Positions 51,979 to 64,000 of a stretch of DNA of 64,000 nucleotides are shown piece after piece. Within the stretch, counting starts at the first letter, position 1. The number at the start of each line of letters is the position of its first letter. The stretch spans positions 12,996,651 through 13,060,650 of the forward strand of contig CM120647.1 in the NCBI GenBank assembly GCA_051362555.1. Direction: 5' to 3'. The translations under genes were made by a program, and so were the position numbers. The notes under the pieces were generated by a model. That model did no database searches. It had not been told where the DNA came from and worked only from the letters and a program-made list of their open reading frames with translations. The stretch comes from Lingula anatina (taxonomy: Eukaryota; Animalia; Brachiopoda).

Positions 51979-53198
51979 AACAGCACAACTCCCAGGCGGA
52001 GAGACTTAAAACAGAACTTTATGAGGCATACAGACTTGGCCAATGAAAAAATGGAGAGAGAGAGGGGGAATGATAATCATTAAAAAGCAAAATCAATGCA
52101 ACTCATTCTGTTCATCAAGTTTTGATGTTGAGAATCATTATTCAGACTTGATAATTTTATGAATTATTCTCAAAAGGTGAGAAGCTAATTTAACATATAA
52201 CGTTGAGCACCACAATATTTGAAGGCTGTGGTATGCCCAATTTACATGACCCTCATTCCTAAAATAGTGACCAGAAAATAGTAGGTAAATATATACTTGC
52301 CTGAAAAAAAATTAATCTTGCCACAGTATTTTTGTAAGTATTTTGTTTTCAGGAGATTCAATTTAAAACTGTGGCTTCTATACTCAGGGTGCAAAATTTT
52401 CTAACTTTAAGTTAGGACACATTTGGATGAAAAAGCATCAAGATTATGTATGCCATCGTTTAGAAAGCTGTCAGAATTTAAACACAGCCTTTGGGGGCTG
52501 TGTGACGTCAGACTTTTGTAAAAAACATGCTCAGAACTTTTTGTTAGCTAGGCGGGATCAACTTTTTAGTCCATAGGCTGAAACTTATGTGCTGAAAATG
52601 TCTTCTTAGAAAAAGTGACACATAAAACACGATTTTTTTTTGTACTTATGTGCAATAAACTAAAATTCTAGATAAATTGAGAGAAAACAACCAGAAAAAT
52701 ATCTAAATTCTGTCAGTTATTATTTCTTTGTACCACATGCACTACCGAGTAGTCTACAAATTTTCTGGCCCCATTTTCCTCCAGATCTTTTGATATCTCA
52801 CTTAATTTTTAATGTCAAATTGTGAGATTTTGACCCATTTCTTATTGCACTTACTGCCCATTGTGTGGTCATTGGTTAGTGAATTTGGTTCCTTTTGTCC
52901 ATTGTGTCTTACTTGTGTAGATAACAGAAAATAAAAGAGGCAGGTTCTCTTTAAGGGTAAATTCTAAAGATACATTAATATTATAGAACTGATGTAATTT
53001 CAAATGACTGTATATGGCATTGGATGTGAAAATTGGTTGCAATATCAGCAATTTTCTAGAACTCACTCAAAATTACTTGGAGTTAAACCCCCAAATTCCA
53101 TGTATGCTCTCTTTGATTATAATCTCTCAGAAAATTTTATTGGCAGCTCATTTTTTTTTTCTTTTTTGAAAAAGGGAGTGCTGATGTGTTAAAAATTG

Positions 53199-53262
<64 letters not shown>

Positions 53263-53589
53263 AAGACTGTGAATGATGTTAATGTTAAAATATATACATC
53301 TAAGATATACACAGAAAAATAAGAGAAAAAGAAAAAATTACTTCACGTGAATGAAGTATTTACACTGCAACCAATGGAAAATTTTTGACATTTTGTCTAA
53401 TATTGTCAAATGACTTCTGGGCTTAAAAGTTACTTATATATTTATGTTATAGGCTGTGCTTGTGCTGTATATGTAATCTGTTGTTAGAGTTGATTTACCT
53501 TTGGTTTTAAGTGATGATCGAAGCAGTCATTTGAATTATTTCACCACATATGAGTCAAGTGTTGAGAAAAGAAGATCCACATCCAACAA

Positions 53590-53657
<68 letters not shown>

Positions 53658-54544
53658 ACATTGTGCAATTTTTACATATATAGATATTCAATCCCTATAT
53701 CTGATAAATCACACCTTTCATTAGCAAAGTGACGATTTTTCTCCTTTTGCACTTGCGCACATAAAATAATTACCCCCCTGTCAGTTTTGGTAAATTTTTG
53801 TTACAGGTTTACTTCTTTGGTTGTAAGAGCTAAAGTGAAATACAAAACGGATAAATATCTTTAGTTATTGGAACACTTTCCATAGATATGATAAATAATT
53901 GACAATCTTAATTTGTTGCGGAAATATAAAATTTGAGTGTCATTTGTAAATAAGTGTTTGCACAGTCAATTCTTGAGCAAATTGTACATAAGAAGCAAAT
54001 AAAACAAATGTGTTGAATAAAAAAGATATTTGTATTTATTGTTACATTTTAACATATAAAATAAACATCTTTTTTTCTGATTAAGAGGTGCAATCATGCT
54101 ATTTCATTACTGAACAAAAATATTTGTAGTCATTTGCCCTATCTCTACTTTTCTCTACTGTTGCAATATTGGAAACAAAAAGACTGAATTGCAGTTCTAC
54201 AAATAAGTGGTCATGTTTTAATATCTGAAAGAAAAAATTAAACTCCTCAAAAAAAAAAAAAAAAAAAATTAAATGGGCAATCTACAAGGAGGTTAGATTC
54301 TAACAAAAAGATGGGTAACATATCGGGGGGATATAAAAATCAGTTTGTAACAAAACCTTAAATTCAGTTTTATCTTGAAATAATCATTTTAAGGAGACTC
54401 AAGATACAATAAAAGACAAAAAGTTTTTTCTCACATCTATCACAGTTTTTTAAATCTATCAATTAAAGCAGCAACTTCCTCGTGATTTTTTTCTCAGAGG
54501 AACTGCTTGTGAAGTGGTGCCCTCTATAGAGCTGTTCAAGAACT

Positions 54545-57500
54545 TCAGTCTCTCCACTCCAGTCCAAGGTTGAGCACTATGAAACTGTAGATGTCAGTCA
54601 GCTCTTCAATCTAAAAAAACAACAACAATTAGTATAACATCTGAACTGGCATGTTTTCTATGCACTTTGAGCTGTCATAATACTAGGCTCCTAAAATTGA
54701 ATGGAGTCACATACCTGTACCTATATACTAAATAAATAGAGTGTCAATTCCATACATTACTTGTAAGTTAATTGCTTTTCATTCTATACTTGCTGCATGT
54801 ATTCTCTGCATTCCGTTCTCCCCTCACTTTATTCTGAATCATTTACTAACTTGAAATTTAAGCAATTCACACAATTCTAAGCAACCATAAAACTTGGGGA
54901 TCCTTAAAGGTACATACGAACCGAGCATCGGTGGAGCGTGGATTCCCAGTAATACATGTAAACCACTTCTACTAGATTCTTATATGACTCAAATAATTTT
55001 GACATGCCAAGGGATAAACTGAATAGATCACTCGATCAGCCATAAAAGACCTTGAGACTGCTCCTTTCTTTAAATTTATGGTTGTAAATTTAACCTACTT
55101 TGGTGACCTACTTTCCTGCCCCATTGACACACAGCTTAGAATGCCAGCAGAAAAATCCGTTCAAACATCATTTTCGGGTAAAATTAAACAATGCCTTTTG
55201 GTAATTCTCTTAGTTATACTACTTGAAACTATATGCTGGCATCTGGTTGGTTTTTGTGACAAAAAATTGACTTTGTATGCATCTTTAAAATTAAAAGAAA
55301 TAAATCACATACATTTATAAAAACCTCACACTTACCACTTTAGCTGTGGGCTTTCCCGCTCCATGCCCAGACTTGGTATCAACCCGGATCATCAGGGGGT
55401 TTGTCTAAAATTTTACAAAAATTATAATATGTAAAGCAACTGTTTGATATTAAATATTAAATGAATGAGGAATCCAATATGCTCAGATACCAAATTGTGA
55501 AAATTAAACCAGTTGTTGCAGACTAGTAATTTTTTCTCCCCCAAAAAAAGGAAAAAGAAAAAACATTTTAAATATGGACAGTTTCATTTAAAATTTAACT
55601 TGGTTAAATTAGCAATTTAAGACCAAGCAGTCTAAGTGACCAGTAATCAAGCTGAAAAAGTTGAAAATCCACTCTGAAAAAGGTTTTAAAAAAATAAAAA
55701 TAAAGGATACCTGTTGAGGCAAATTTCCCAGTTTATGTTGCACTTCAGCAATGTATTTAAGAGAGTGTAGAGGCACCACTCTGTCGTCGTGATCACCGGT
55801 CAGTAACAACATGGCTGGAAACTGGACGCCATTGTTTGGCTCTTGGACATTGTGGACTGGGGAGTATCTGAAATGGTGCAAATTATGTTAATGAGAAAAT
55901 GATAAAATTTTGCCAAATTTGTTTTGTTTATCATGTCTTAAATTATCTTCTTGCAATAAATAAATAAATAAATAATAATAACAAAAATTGAATGTCAACC
56001 ACATTTCCCATGATCATAATCTTTATTTCTCAAAATTCCTAAAATTTTGAACATAAAAAATTACGAGCATCAAGTTGGGTTTGAGTGAAAATGTTTGTAC
56101 TATATGTCAAACTAATAACCATACATAACAATTCTTGAAAGAAATGTCATTTGAAATAAGATGAAATAAGTGTCACAGAGCATTCATCATGGGTCAAAGG
56201 TCACCTGAAGAGGTCAAAGGTTACCTGTAGAGGTCAAAGGTTACCTGTAGAGGTAGTCAAAACCTTCCTTTTCATCACTGCAGCCATAATCAGTGGTCCA
56301 GGCATGTCCAATAGTAAACTTATGGAACTTTAACATGTCCATTACTCTAAAGAGAAAAAAATATTGTTTCTACAAAAAAAAAAAAAAATAAAATAAAATA
56401 ATAAAGTAATAATAATATCTATCACTGGCCCCCTTACAATTATAACTATCAGGGTTTCCACAAAATCATTGACTGGAGGAACTTCAAAAATGTTCATCAC
56501 ACTACTGGGACAAAAATATTTTTTCAGTCTACAAAAATATCTATCAAGGATATTCTCACAGTTATCATAACTATTATGATGGGGCCTTAGAACTAAAGTA
56601 TGTTCTTGAGGACCTTCAACATGTCTAGAACTGTATAGAGAAAATATTGCTTGAAAATGTACAAAAATTATATATCCTAGGTGATCTCATAATTACAACT
56701 ATCATAAACCTTTTTAAAAAACCATATACTACAACAGTTTTGAAATATTCCTACATGGCTCAACAGACAGAGAGGGAGAGAGAAAAAATTAGCTTGCATA
56801 AGGCTTTGCCTTAGGTAACACAAGTTATGAAACATTCACCACTTCATAACTGAAAGTAATATGTTAATGCAATTATCACGTGGCAAGTGCCTAGAATATA
56901 TGATCAAGCCAGATATTTTTGTACATCTAGACTACTAATTTTCCGCAATCTGGGGCGCTAATCCTGAGATAGTCTCACTCAATGTGACACTGCTTCTAGT
57001 GAGAGGAAGAGCAAAAAGCTACACATCCCCCAACTCCACAAATGTCCCTAAAACTAGACATAGGACTTACCCCACTTGGAGATACAAAATATCCTGCTTT
57101 AAAATATTGAACCCAATTTGAGATAGGACTTACCCAACAAGGAGATTTAATTTACCCCACTTGGATATGCAACTTGGAGATAACACTTACTCTAGCTGGA
57201 GAAAATACTTACCCCACTTGGGCAATTGCACATCCAAAAAGTTCTGGCCTCTGGTTGACGCAAGCTCCCACCAGCAGTCCACCATTAGACCCTCCATTGA
57301 TGGTGATTCTGAAACCAAAGATTTCATCGATCTCAGGTTTACTTGAAACAATCAAATACCATAAAGTTTAACAGTATTACAACAATTTAAGTATTGTGGG
57401 TAGTTTATAACTTATAAATGATTAAACAAATCATACACATCACCTATTTTTTGGGTAATTTTCACTAAATCATGCTATAATATGCAAGAACTAACAATGT

Positions 57501-60500
57501 TTTTCTGAAATTTTTTTTTCATGGACTTTTTTCAAGTATTTGTTATACAATTATTTATCATGGGCTTTTTTACAAAACCAAGTAAACACGAATATAGTTC
57601 TGCAAGTTACTTAGTACTGAGAATTATTTTCTAACAAGTATCACAAAAATAAAATGCTTACCTTTTGTGGTTTGTATATTTTTCTTTAACAAGATATTCT
57701 GCCGCAGCTTGGAAGTCATCAAAAACATTTTGTTTCTTTTCTTTAATCCCAGCATTGTGCCAATCCTCACCATATTCTCTGGAAAAGAAAGAATAATATG
57801 GATTTTTTTTCTTTCAAAAATCTAATGATTTTTAAATTCTTTTTTTTTTTAATTTGTCTTCATGTAACTAGTGCTTTGAGGATTTTTCAAAGTTGATCTA
57901 TTACACTAGGAAGTGTAAATTATTTGGCTGTTTGAAAAGTTTTCCATTGTCAAAACAATTTGTCTTTAGAGTTGTAGTTTCTGAGACCTTGACCAAGAGA
58001 ACTTAGAAGCTTATATCACAGAGACATCTTTAAGCAAAGAAGACTCAGGGATTGTTTTCAAAATTCCAAAGGTTCAATTGTTAAAATTTATAAACCAATA
58101 CATATATTAAAAAATATATATAACTATCAAAAGTTACAGAGTGTGTAATTTTTAAACTGATAACTTTAAATTCTGCAATAAATCTTACTAATTATTTATT
58201 CAAAATACATAAATTTATCCCTACCCTCCTCCGCGAATGTTTGGTACTGCTACAACTCCCCCGAGATGTTGCATAAATACAATTCTGGACACGCTAAAGG
58301 TAGGAGTGATGGCTATACTGAACCCTCCATATCCATAAAGTAACACTGGGTGGGAGCCATCAAGCTTAAGCCCCTGGAAAAATATGGTGATAAACATTAT
58401 TCGTTAACTGTAGACTATTCTCCACTACTTTGCCTATGCAGAGTTAAACTTGTCTACAGCATAGGCCTATGCTGGGAAAATCATCCAAAAAGGTATGCTA
58501 GCTAAAGATGGCTATGTTGAAACCACCATATCCATGGAGCAAGACGGTGAGAGCTATCAAGTTCAAACCCCTCAAATGAAAATAAATGAAATGAAACATA
58601 TATGGTGTACTAGGCCCTGTTTTGTCATATAAGAGCACTGTTTCAGTATCAATACTGGTATGTTCATTTTTCATTCAATTTCCACCATGATTTCATTTAT
58701 GTTAAAACAGTGAAACCATCCACACTCTATTCAGTGAAATAATAGAACACTTCACAAATAAAAGAAATGAGCAGGCAAATGTTTCTTACATTAAAAAAAA
58801 AAAACAACATTAGTCATTTAAGATGATCTTAAGTTATTATAACTGTAAATCACATTTCATGTCAAATACCTTTCTGTGGACAATAAACATGGGGATTTTG
58901 GTCCCATCTTTTGTAGGGTAAAACACTTGTTTGGTCTCGAAAAGGGCAGGGTTATAGTCCTTAACTAGTATTTCCCTGAACACCTGGAAAAAAAGAAAGA
59001 TAATAATAATAATAATAATAGGCTAGCATCTCTGCAACTGTCATAGACATTGTAGAAGAACAGAGAGTTTCAAAAATAAGAAGAGGAAATTTTATTTTTG
59101 AATCATTTTCTCATTATTAGTGTTTTTTTTTTCCATAGTTTCAAAGCAGCAGAAAATTTTGGGTCTGCTTCAAATCTTCATATATAAGTCACTAAAATTA
59201 TATTGCTATGAGCCAGTTATTTTCTGGTCTTGTGAAAGTTTCACACCTTTCATGTGCTTTGTAATACAAGTGTTAATTTCTTTTACTTTGAAGGCTCCTG
59301 TTCTTGAAGAACTGACCAAATGAAGAAAGAGGGCAAAAAAAATACAGTGGTTAAACCTGGAAACCTTTAGAGAAGTTTGGCTCTGAAAGAAGTTCAATAA
59401 TTTAATCTTAAAATAAGACATAATTCAAAGCAGACCCCCCCCCAAAAAAAAAAAAATAAATAAATAAATAAATAAATAATAATAAATAAATAAATAAATA
59501 AAAATAAGAAGAAGAAAATAGAAACATCTATAATTTTGACATTTACCAGATGGCTTTTTCATTAAAACGAAGCACTGTGACACACGACAACATAATTTTC
59601 CATTAAAATAAATTACAAAATTTTAAAACAAAAACTTACAGTTGGTTTCAGGGGTTCCTGGGTAAGGTCACACCTGTATATTATCCCTGGGGTCAAAAAT
59701 GACATAAACTGATAGAAAATCTGAAATGAGATGTTTTAAAATATTTGTTACTGTTTAAAATAATTAAACAAAATATAAATGTCTATCAAATAACTTTTAG
59801 TTTAAAAGACTGAAAAAGTAGGAAATTTTCATCTAACAATATCAAAAAGACATTTTATAATTCTAAAGGCTCCTAAAATATGTTATCTGAAGCATTCAGA
59901 AATAGACATTTTTATAATAATTATTATAATAACAAAAGAATTACTATAAGAATTTTTTCCTATGGCAAGAAAATAATATCATCCTATTAAATATAACAGC
60001 TTTCCAATATTTTATGACACAGATCTATGATATACAAATTTTTATGAAACTGATTCGTGAAAAAAAAAACATTTAGACCAATTTAAAGGTACACAGCACA
60101 GGTGCAATAACAGACTTACTTCCGAGTCCTTTTTCTTTCCAGAGTATCCAACAATTGTGCCAACCTCCAGAGGAAGTTGTGTCACCATCTTCCCAGACTG
60201 AAGATCATTGAGGTACAGTACATTCTGGAAGACATGAAATGAAATGTTTTATATGCTTAAACTTTTCAATTACTACACTTACTTCAGCTGTACCTAAACA
60301 CAGCTTCCAATCACTACTGTTACTGTGACTTTCCTCAGCTTGTATTTCTTTCAGTCTCTTACAAATTGAAAAGCTTAAGTGTATAAAATAATCAAAAGAC
60401 TACACTTTTGAATTTCTACCAAAATATGAAGTGAAATGTGATATACCTTTCTATAATTTAAATAATAATAATAATTATTATTATTATTATGTGGCCCACT

Positions 60501-63500
60501 GCTGCGATATTCATAAAGGTGAAATGAGTCAGGTCTATCAAACTGGACTATGCAGATAGATTCAATTACATGGGCAGTAATTTAAAAATAAATTACATAT
60601 GGGAAAACTGCACCGATTACCAACGTGTTAATAAGTATCAACACCTTGGTGAAATCAGCTGCTGAGTTGTTCATAATGAGATTATTCCTCATCAACAGAA
60701 CAGGTGGATGTGTGGCCTTAAGTCCTGTTGTATGATGAAGGGTTCAAGGAAACTAGTGTGTGGGCGCATGCTTGCCAGAGTTCTTGTGTAGGCAAACATG
60801 TGTTCCTTTCGTTAGGTAACACTTGCAGTAGAACATGCATGCAAATACATGTGCAGTTTCTGTACAAGCATGTGCATGTTCATGAAGATGAGGCATGTAA
60901 AACTATGTACACATTTAGGTGTGTGTGTGTGCGTGTTCATAGTTGTGTGTGTGTGTGTGTGTGTGAAAGAGAGAGTATGTGTTTGTTTCATAATCACACA
61001 CATGCATATGCGTTAATGCACAAACACGTGCATTTGCATACTAGTGTAATCAAGATGTACCTTGACATCCTGCATGTAGCAGAGGACTAATTTATTCTTG
61101 TTGACACATGCGGCCCAGTCTAGGACGTCTTTGGCATCCTCTGCCACCAGTATCTGCCAGTTGTCCTAAATAAAAAGAAAACAAACACATAATACTATTA
61201 TATATTGTTTTCAAAGTTTTTAAGTCTACTTCAGGGGCAACTTTCACAAAGTCACTCTAGCAGGAAATTAGTCAGTTCCCTGGCTCAGTTGACTTGGATT
61301 TCCATGAGAGTGCTGTTACACTGCTTCTGATAGGGCAAGATGTGCCCATGTGACCATGTAACCTTGGTAATTAAGTTCTTAGTCAGGGAAATTGGTCTGA
61401 TCTTTAATAAGACCAAAAAATTGGTCTCTTTGTTTTCTAGATTTACTACATTTAGCTCAGTTAAATAAAGAATTGATCTAAAACATAAACCCCTTCTTTG
61501 TTGTCTTTGTTACAAACCTGTGTATGTGCCTGGATTACTTATGGGAGAGTAATTATCAGTTTAACATTCTCAAATCCTTACCATCTCAGGCTTGCTAAGG
61601 TCTATGTTGATCAACTTGTACTTGGGAGCATTGAGGTTTGTTTTAAAGGTGAACACTGTGCCTTCATTTGTGATGTACTGAAATAAAAAACAGTATTGTT
61701 GCTATTAATCAGAATATTGATGCCATCCGGAAGTGCCTGTATATCCACAGAGTACAGCTGTATGTTACATAAAAGCCATAGAATGTATGTTAAATCTTTT
61801 TATTATAATAGCAACAGAAATATTTTTTGAAAATTTCAACAATTTTTTCAATGTTTTCCAATTTATCAACTTCTTTAAGAGTTCTAAATTTCGAAATCCA
61901 CCAGTCTCCACCACCAAAATCAGAGTTACTCAATAATATAAAACTCAGATCTAGAAGTCTCTGCCTAATGTACATGCCACTTGCCACCAAAAGCATGTCT
62001 CTGGGGACAATATTGTATTTTAGGTGTCAGACTAGTTGAGAACTAAGAATCGTTAACAAACTAATGGAAATGTACTGGTTGTTTTCAATCATTTATCCAC
62101 TGTCTTTATATTTCATACTTATTCAGTTTAATTCAGTATAACTTGGAATAGTACTTTCCAGAGGTCTGTTAGTCCCCAGGTGGCCAGTGGACTGATAAGT
62201 ATGTCAATTACTAGTAACTGTCTGAAAGAGGTATAAAATTTTACCAAATACATTTTATTATACAACTCTTAAACTAACCTCGTATTCAGCATCAAAGTTA
62301 TCCACCAATTTTATGTAAGGAAGCACACCTGGAATTGAAAATATCTCATTTCAATTTACGTAAAATGCTTTCAACAAAAGATTAATGTGCAGTCCATGCC
62401 AAAATATTTCACTTCATAGCTCCTTTGTAAGCACCATGAAACCACCATAATCTGGAAATGCCTGTAGATCCACATACTACAGCTGTATATTATTTGTGCC
62501 ATCTGGAAGTGGCTGTAGACCTACATTATACTCACCATTAATGCCACCTGGAAATGCCTGTAGATCTACATAGTACAGCCATATAATAACCATTAATACC
62601 ACCTGGAAGTGACTGTAGATCTACATAGTACTGCCATATACTCACCATTAATGCCCCATGGAAATGCCTGTAGATCTACACAGTACAGTCAGCCATATAC
62701 TCACCACTAATGCCACCTGGAAGTGCCTGTAGATCTACATAGTACAGTTATATACTCACCATTAAACCCATCTGGAAGGGCCTGTAGATCTACATAGTAC
62801 AGCTATATACTCACCATTAAACCCATCTGGAAGGGCCTGTAGATCTACATAGTACAGCTATATACTCACCATTAATACCATCTGGAAGTGCCTGTAGATC
62901 TACATAGTACAGCCTGTTGACTGGGTGGCAGCCTTCACTGATCATCATCACCAAATAACGCCCACAGTCCGTTACCTCAGCTCCTCTGTAAACAATGTAT
63001 GTCAATACTTTTTACATCAACAGATGTTACATAAATTCAAAACATTTATGTCCTATATCAAGGTACAAAAAGCAAATTACATTTAGCTCGATAAATAGCT
63101 TTTCTTGAATTTCAGATAATATATGGACCTTCCAATCCTGAATGCACGACTGAATCAAGAACAACTCGTCATCATCTTATCTAATTTTGTCAGAAATATG
63201 TGAACAATTGCCATAATTGCACCATTTTGAGGATACTAAACAATATTAACTTTCTTTTTTCATTTTACCTAATCTTCTTATATCTCTGTTAATGCATTCA
63301 AAGGGCTGCACAAAAGCTGCGAAAGGCCTGCAAATCGGCAGATTACAATTCTCAAACTTTGAATTCAAAAGTTTGAATTCTTTTCTTTATTATTATTATT
63401 TTGAGTAATACTGATATTTACATCATCCATTTTGGGTGATCTGGAAACTCAGCACAGAGCACATCCTCCACCTGTGACGTCCCCAACCGGTGGTAGTATA

Positions 63501-63564
63501 ACTTCTGGTTGACATTACTGGTTGTCTCAGTACCATCAGACTTGCCTTCCTGCTCCTTGTACCT
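54545..63564 (-). CDS. PREP: Prolyl endopeptidase (S9A), 5' part outside the window. Exons: 63564-63422, 62985-62870, 62328-62279, 61677-61582, 61165-61061, 60224-60120, 59720-59640, 58983-58870, 58373-58225, 57778-57662, 57308-57213, 56346-56245, 55867-55711, 55404-55336, 54610-54545
   Basis: [39 protein letters not shown], catalytic GGSNGGLL (Ser), [16 protein letters not shown] (Asp) and [14 protein letters not shown] (His). Splice phases are consistent. Confidence 0.96.
62430..62912 (-). repeat. ~55-bp tandem array (8-9 copies) spanning a PREP donor
   Basis: Unit (minus strand) gctgtactatgtagatctacaggcacttccagatggtattaatg|gtgagtatata. Confidence 0.95.
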
Positions 63565-63875
63565 CTGAATAAAAAAAAACATGGAATTTTTTTTCAGTGA
63601 TCTTCCTATAGCAAAAATTACTAGTAATTTTAATTTCCTAATGGAAATTTGAGTACTTTGTATTTAATCACCTAGATATACAAAGCAACAAATCCAAAAT
63701 CTTATATATATATAATTCTTTGTATCAGACTTGCCTTCCTGTTCCTTGTATCTCTGAATATAAACATTGTATTTTTTTTCAGTGATCTTCCTGTAGCAAA
63801 AATTAATTATAATGGAAATGTACTTTGTATCTAATCACCTAGCTATACTAAGCTAATATCCAAAATCTTATATAG
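63535..63875 (-). repeat. ~190-bp tandem duplication spanning a PREP acceptor
   Basis: atcagacttgccttcctg.tccttgta.ctctgaata...tttcagtgatcttcct.tagcaaaaatta occurs at ~63535 and ~63724. Confidence 0.9.
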
Positions 63876-64000
63876 AGAATTATGATCCATAAACCTTTTT
63901 GAGTTTTTAAAGTTTAAATTGAACCACTCTTGTAATGACACAGAACCTTGTAATTTCATTTGAAACAGTGAACTCAAAAAATTCAAGACTCAAAAAAGGG

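Overview
AT-rich, intron-containing animal genomic DNA (probably an invertebrate such as a lophotrochozoan; this is an inference). I traced five spliced genes by hand using GT-AG boundaries and phase checks: smoothened (+, 11 coding exons, 8435-17761), a 2-exon Toll-like receptor (-, 27827-23437), a peflin-type penta-EF-hand gene (-, 34095-31212), NPC1 (+, 34317-50597 or 51978, head-to-head with the peflin gene and with two candidate last exons), and the 3' 15 exons of prolyl endopeptidase (-, 63564-54545, continuing beyond the window). There are also several MITE families, a Helentron/HINE-like element and a tRNA-derived SINE. The most unusual signal is at least 11 tandem duplications that straddle splice sites in four genes, leaving arrays of decoy donors or acceptors in the introns. 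Other notable points: the TLR lies in an ~8 kb cassette between two ~950 bp direct repeats and is surrounded by relics of TLR paralogs; NPC1 has duplicated alternative C-terminal tails; and the Smo protein combines vertebrate-type and fly-type regulatory motifs. All coordinates were read by eye and no database searches were run.
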